From assembly GCA_011364975.1 (NCBI GenBank), contig RDOE01000102.1, forward strand, positions 1 to 10,496: 10,496 nt of DNA, written 5' to 3'. A program made the position numbers and the translations under genes. This DNA is from Promethearchaeota archaeon. Lineage in GTDB: Archaea > Asgardarchaeota > Lokiarchaeia > Sigyniarchaeales > SOKP01. Under the pieces are notes generated by a model. It did no database searches. It was not told where the DNA came from and worked only from the letters and a program-made list of their open reading frames with translations. Positions 7,436 to 10,496 of this stretch are shown one piece after another. Numbering within the stretch: the stretch's first letter is position 1; each line of letters begins with the position of its first letter.

Positions 7436-9942
7436 CACTTTATAATTTTCTTACAAATGTTTATTCCTATCCCTGTTTTACGGGTTAAAATAAAAGGATT
7501 TTCCTTTCTTACCTGAGTTGCAGTATGATACCCAGCATTGAACAATAATCGGGCCCGAACTCGTCCCACATTATCTAATCTCAAAATGAGGTCAAATAAT
7601 TCCTCTCGGATGCCATAATGAACCCGAATCTTTAATGTTTCGCACATTTCCGCTATACGGATCATGGGTTCCTGAATTTCGATATCATTTTCGCTTAGAT
7701 GGATGGCAATAATGCCAATGAATGTAATAATCCGTTCTAAATTGTCTCTTACCGTATAGAGATCACCTGCCATGATTTTATAATTATTTAAAATGTCTTC
7801 GATAGCTATCTCATCTGCCCAATCCAATATCGGATTTATCATTCGGTCATCTCTCACCTTTCCTTCGGCTTTCAACACTTCATACGCTTCTCTAACAATA
7901 TCGTGAAAAGAACTCATTTCCGCATGTTCTAATTTATATCGAATAAGAACCCCTGAAACAGGATAGAGATACAATCTAATAATAAGTTTTCCAAATTGCG
8001 TACATTGAAAGACTCCATTTTCCTGTTTTAAAATTAAGCCTTTCTCCAAGAGATAATTCAAAATATATTGATGTTTAATGGACTTAGGAATGATATCATT
8101 CACATATTTAGAAAAATTAAGGTCAGGAATCTCAATTAAATGTAATAAAAATGCAGTTACATGGTCACAGAACGAGAAGCTAAACTGTTCTTCAGAATAG
8201 AGATTCGAGATCCCGTTTTCAAAACCACAGGTACATCGAATGCCCATTTCTAGATCAAATTCACAAAAGAATACCCCAAAATTAGTTTTAACATACCCTG
8301 AAATAGTAGAACCAGTAAGTTTAGTAATTTTGATCTGATGCTGAGCTACTCGTAATTTTTGCACTCTTCCGGGTTCGGCATGCAATCTCAAAATATTCAT
8401 AGGGGTAATCTCTTTGATAAGAAGTAGTTGTTCAATAGGTATATGCTGTTCTTTCATTTTACGTTGCACGCCATACCAAAAATAAGTCTTCTCGAAAAAG
8501 CTTTTTAACTTCTCCAAAGAAAGATGCCGTTCTTCATAGATTCGTAAAAGTACTTGTTCTTTTAACGTATTGATCTTATTCAATCCAGAAATGAGATCAT
8601 TGTATTTTGGAAAATATTGAGCACTGTATTGCCCTTGAAAATAGTGATCTTCAATCCAATCTCGTTCATCAATATCTTTTGCTAAAATTATACCATATCC
8701 TACGTTATCAAGTCCAGGACGTCCCGCTCTACCTAACATTTGAAACACTTCATTAGCAGAAAACGGTAAAAAATAACTGAATCCGTCCCCATTCTCATGG
8801 AATCCATTAAAGTTTTTAATGTTATGTCCAGATGTAATATACTTCTTAAAATCTCGGAGAATAACCACTCGCGCTGGAACATTAATCCCCGCTGAAAGGG
8901 TAGTTGTGGCACAAATTACCTTAATATCATGTTTTCGGTACGAATCTTCTACTAATTTTCGCTCTCGGGGAAGAAGTCCTGCATGATGGAACGCGACACC
9001 ATTCTTTACTACTTTGCGTAATTCAGGATGCCCTCCCTTAATATTTTTTAGCTTACCCTCAATTTGTTTACATGTTTTTAGATCCTTTGCTTCAATGTGC
9101 ATTCGAACAAGATTTCTCAAATTTTGAGCAGTCTGCTGGGCGGATTTTCGTTTATTGAGAAAAATTAAAATTTGTCCATTATTTTCGAGAGTAGATTTTA
9201 CCAATTTCTTGATAGTGGAATCTTTATTTTGAGTGATCTCCACCTTATAATGCAATGGTACAGGTCGCTTCTCGGAAAAAAGAAGTGTTGTAGCATTTCC
9301 TAATGATGAGAGCCAAGTATTAAAAAACTCAGGGTTGGCGATGGTGGCAGACAACCCAATAAGCTGTGGGTTATGTAAAAATTCATTTAATCGTACAATA
9401 AGCGATTCCAGCCGTGAACCTCGCGAATCTTCTCCTATAATATGTATTTCATCAATGATTATCGTAGAAATCTCAAAAATCCAGTCTTTATCATAAAAAT
9501 TTCTCAAAATGGAATCCATTTTTTCATAGGTGGTAACAATAAGATCAGCATTTTCCAATTTCGAGTCGTCTACATCATAATCACCAATAGAGAGCTCCAC
9601 TTTTATCCCAAAGCGATCATATCTTTTCTTGAAATGAATATATTTTTCAGTGGCAAGTGCTTTAAAAGGAACAAGGAACACACTTTTTCCAAAACTCTGG
9701 AATACATTATTAACAGCGCAAATTTCTCCAACAAGTGTTTTTCCGCTTCCACTCGGAGCACAAACCAAGAAGGATTTGCGGAAGAATAACCCTTTTTTGA
9801 TGGCCTCTTTTTGGATATCTCGGAGATTAAAAATTTTCTGTTCGAATAATACCCGTAAAATACGCTTGTCTGAAATAAACTGGAATATTTCCTCATTTTT
9901 TTCTTCAGGTTCATTAGATTCAGTAAAATTTGACAGCCCCAT
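7435..9942 (-). CDS. hel308: Hel308/Hjm (Ski2-like) SF2 DNA helicase with inserted SWIM-like zinc finger
   Basis: Q motif LRDIQKEAI; APSGSGKT; VPFKALA; TTYEKMD; IDEIH; GLSATI; GVAFHHAGL; ATTTLSAGINVPA; QMLGRAGRPG; winged-helix end TQFGKLIIRLYLYP; YGIREEL and GRVRAR (RAR motif of Hel308 domain 5). CTC-x19-CDH at 8235..8161. Confidence 0.88.
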   Translation of the reverse strand: MGLSNFTESNEPEEKNEEIFQFISDKRILRVLFEQKIFNLRDIQKEAIKKGLFFRKSFLVCAPSGSGKTLVGEICAVNNVFQSFGKSVFLVPFKALATEKYIHFKKRYDRFGIKVELSIGDYDVDDSKLENADLIVTTYEKMDSILRNFYDKDWIFEISTIIIDEIHIIGEDSRGSRLESLIVRLNEFLHNPQLIGLSATIANPEFFNTWLSSLGNATTLLFSEKRPVPLHYKVEITQNKDSTIKKLVKSTLENNGQILIFLNKRKSAQQTAQNLRNLVRMHIEAKDLKTCKQIEGKLKNIKGGHPELRKVVKNGVAFHHAGLLPRERKLVEDSYRKHDIKVICATTTLSAGINVPARVVILRDFKKYITSGHNIKNFNGFHENGDGFSYFLPFSANEVFQMLGRAGRPGLDNVGYGIILAKDIDERDWIEDHYFQGQYSAQYFPKYNDLISGLNKINTLKEQVLLRIYEERHLSLEKLKSFFEKTYFWYGVQRKMKEQHIPIEQLLLIKEITPMNILRLHAEPGRVQKLRVAQHQIKITKLTGSTISGYVKTNFGVFFCEFDLEMGIRCTCGFENGISNLYSEEQFSFSFCDHVTAFLLHLIEIPDLNFSKYVNDIIPKSIKHQYILNYLLEKGLILKQENGVFQCTQFGKLIIRLYLYPVSGVLIRYKLEHAEMSSFHDIVREAYEVLKAEGKVRDDRMINPILDWADEIAIEDILNNYKIMAGDLYTVRDNLERIITFIGIIAIHLSENDIEIQEPMIRIAEMCETLKIRVHYGIREELFDLILRLDNVGRVRARLLFNAGYHTATQVRKENPFILTRKTGIGINICKKIIK

Positions 9943-9994
9943 ATACTATACCCTATAATACCTTTTACTCTATACATTCATTGCTAGAGCGAGA

Positions 9995-10300
9995 CTAAAG
10001 CCGTGTAAATTGTTGATACATATTTGAATCCTTGGAAATTCCAATGCTGACCACATACCCTTTTCCGCGTATTTCCATATGTCTATCTATATAACACAAC
10101 ATGGCATGAAGAGGCTCGCCATGAAGGATAATGTGCGGAACAAACCCCCCCAATTCACCGTTATTGTGTTTTAATTCAGCAAAATCGATGGAGATACGCA
10201 CTTTCTTCTTGCATAAGGGACATTCATGAACGCAAGACATCTTTTCCCCTTGTTTTCCTTCTTGTCCTTGTACTTTAGAAGTTTCATACGTCATTTTCAT
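9995..10300 (-). CDS. Small putative metal-binding hypothetical protein (CPxC...HxxxH..H..IDxxxxIRG)
   Basis: 101-aa ORF with CPLC and PHIILHGEPLHAMLCYIDRHMEIRG. TATA-like element at 10318-10324. Ends 52 nt before the hel308 start. Confidence 0.7.
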   Translation of the reverse strand: MKMTYETSKVQGQEGKQGEKMSCVHECPLCKKKVRISIDFAELKHNNGELGGFVPHIILHGEPLHAMLCYIDRHMEIRGKGYVVSIGISKDSNMYQQFTRL

Positions 10301-10317
10301 TAAGATCTATTGAAGAC

Positions 10318-10379
10318 ATATAAAGAAAAAATAAAAGTTAGAACTATGATGTTATCCCATCTTCTTTTTTTCTTTATAT
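10318..10379. promoter_or_regulatory. Symmetric divergent promoter region (14-bp perfect inverted repeat, each arm containing a TATA-like box)
   Basis: ATATAAAGAAAAAA (10318-10331) and TTTTTTCTTTATAT (10366-10379) with a 34-nt spacer. Each arm points to one of the two divergent ATGs. Confidence 0.6.
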
Positions 10380-10408
10380 ACAATTAAAAAAGATCATCTT
10401 TGATCCTT

Positions 10409-10496
10409 ATGACCGTAATACAGCCAATAGAGAAAAACTTAGATTTAGACCATATCTATGAAATGATCCTTCAAACCATTGAAACGGAAGATTTCA
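10409..10496 (+). CDS. 5' fragment of a hypothetical CDS running off the window
   Basis: ATG at 10409 opens MTVIQPIEKNLDLDHIYEMILQTIETEDF with no stop before the window end. TTTATATA lies at 10373-10380 upstream. Confidence 0.55.
   Translation, partial: MTVIQPIEKNLDLDHIYEMILQTIETEDF

Noticed and set aside
8070-8465. Hel308 insertion as an intein
   Set aside because: No C/S start with HN-C/S/T end and no LAGLIDADG motif, and it is not in a conserved catalytic motif.
5497-9977. ORFs 5497..5727, 9442..9789, 9603..9977 and 9650..9958
   Set aside because: Lie within or opposite conserved helicase coding regions and have atypical composition.

Overview
AT-rich archaeal-type window. Protein styles suggest an Asgard archaeon (Lokiarchaeia/Promethearchaeota); this is an inference, not a search result. 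The + strand carries a 962-aa membrane-anchored surface protein with prenyltransferase/squalene-oxidase-like helical repeats, then three small orphan ORFs, one of them (56 aa, hydrophobic) missing from the ORF track. The - strand carries a co-oriented DNA-repair-like cluster: a small Cys/His protein, a Hel308-family SF2 helicase with a SWIM-like Zn finger inserted in its winged-helix domain, a putative winged-helix protein, a Hef/FANCM-family helicase whose C-terminal ERCC4-like domain appears catalytically dead, and an overlapping DUF1922-like Zn-ribbon protein. A further + strand CDS probably starts at 10409. A recurring T5-9 C(C) TTT(A/T)TA motif lies upstream of seven ORFs on the coding strand, where the purine-rich archaeal BRE plus TATA would be expected. 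No RNA genes, CRISPR arrays or mobile elements were seen.
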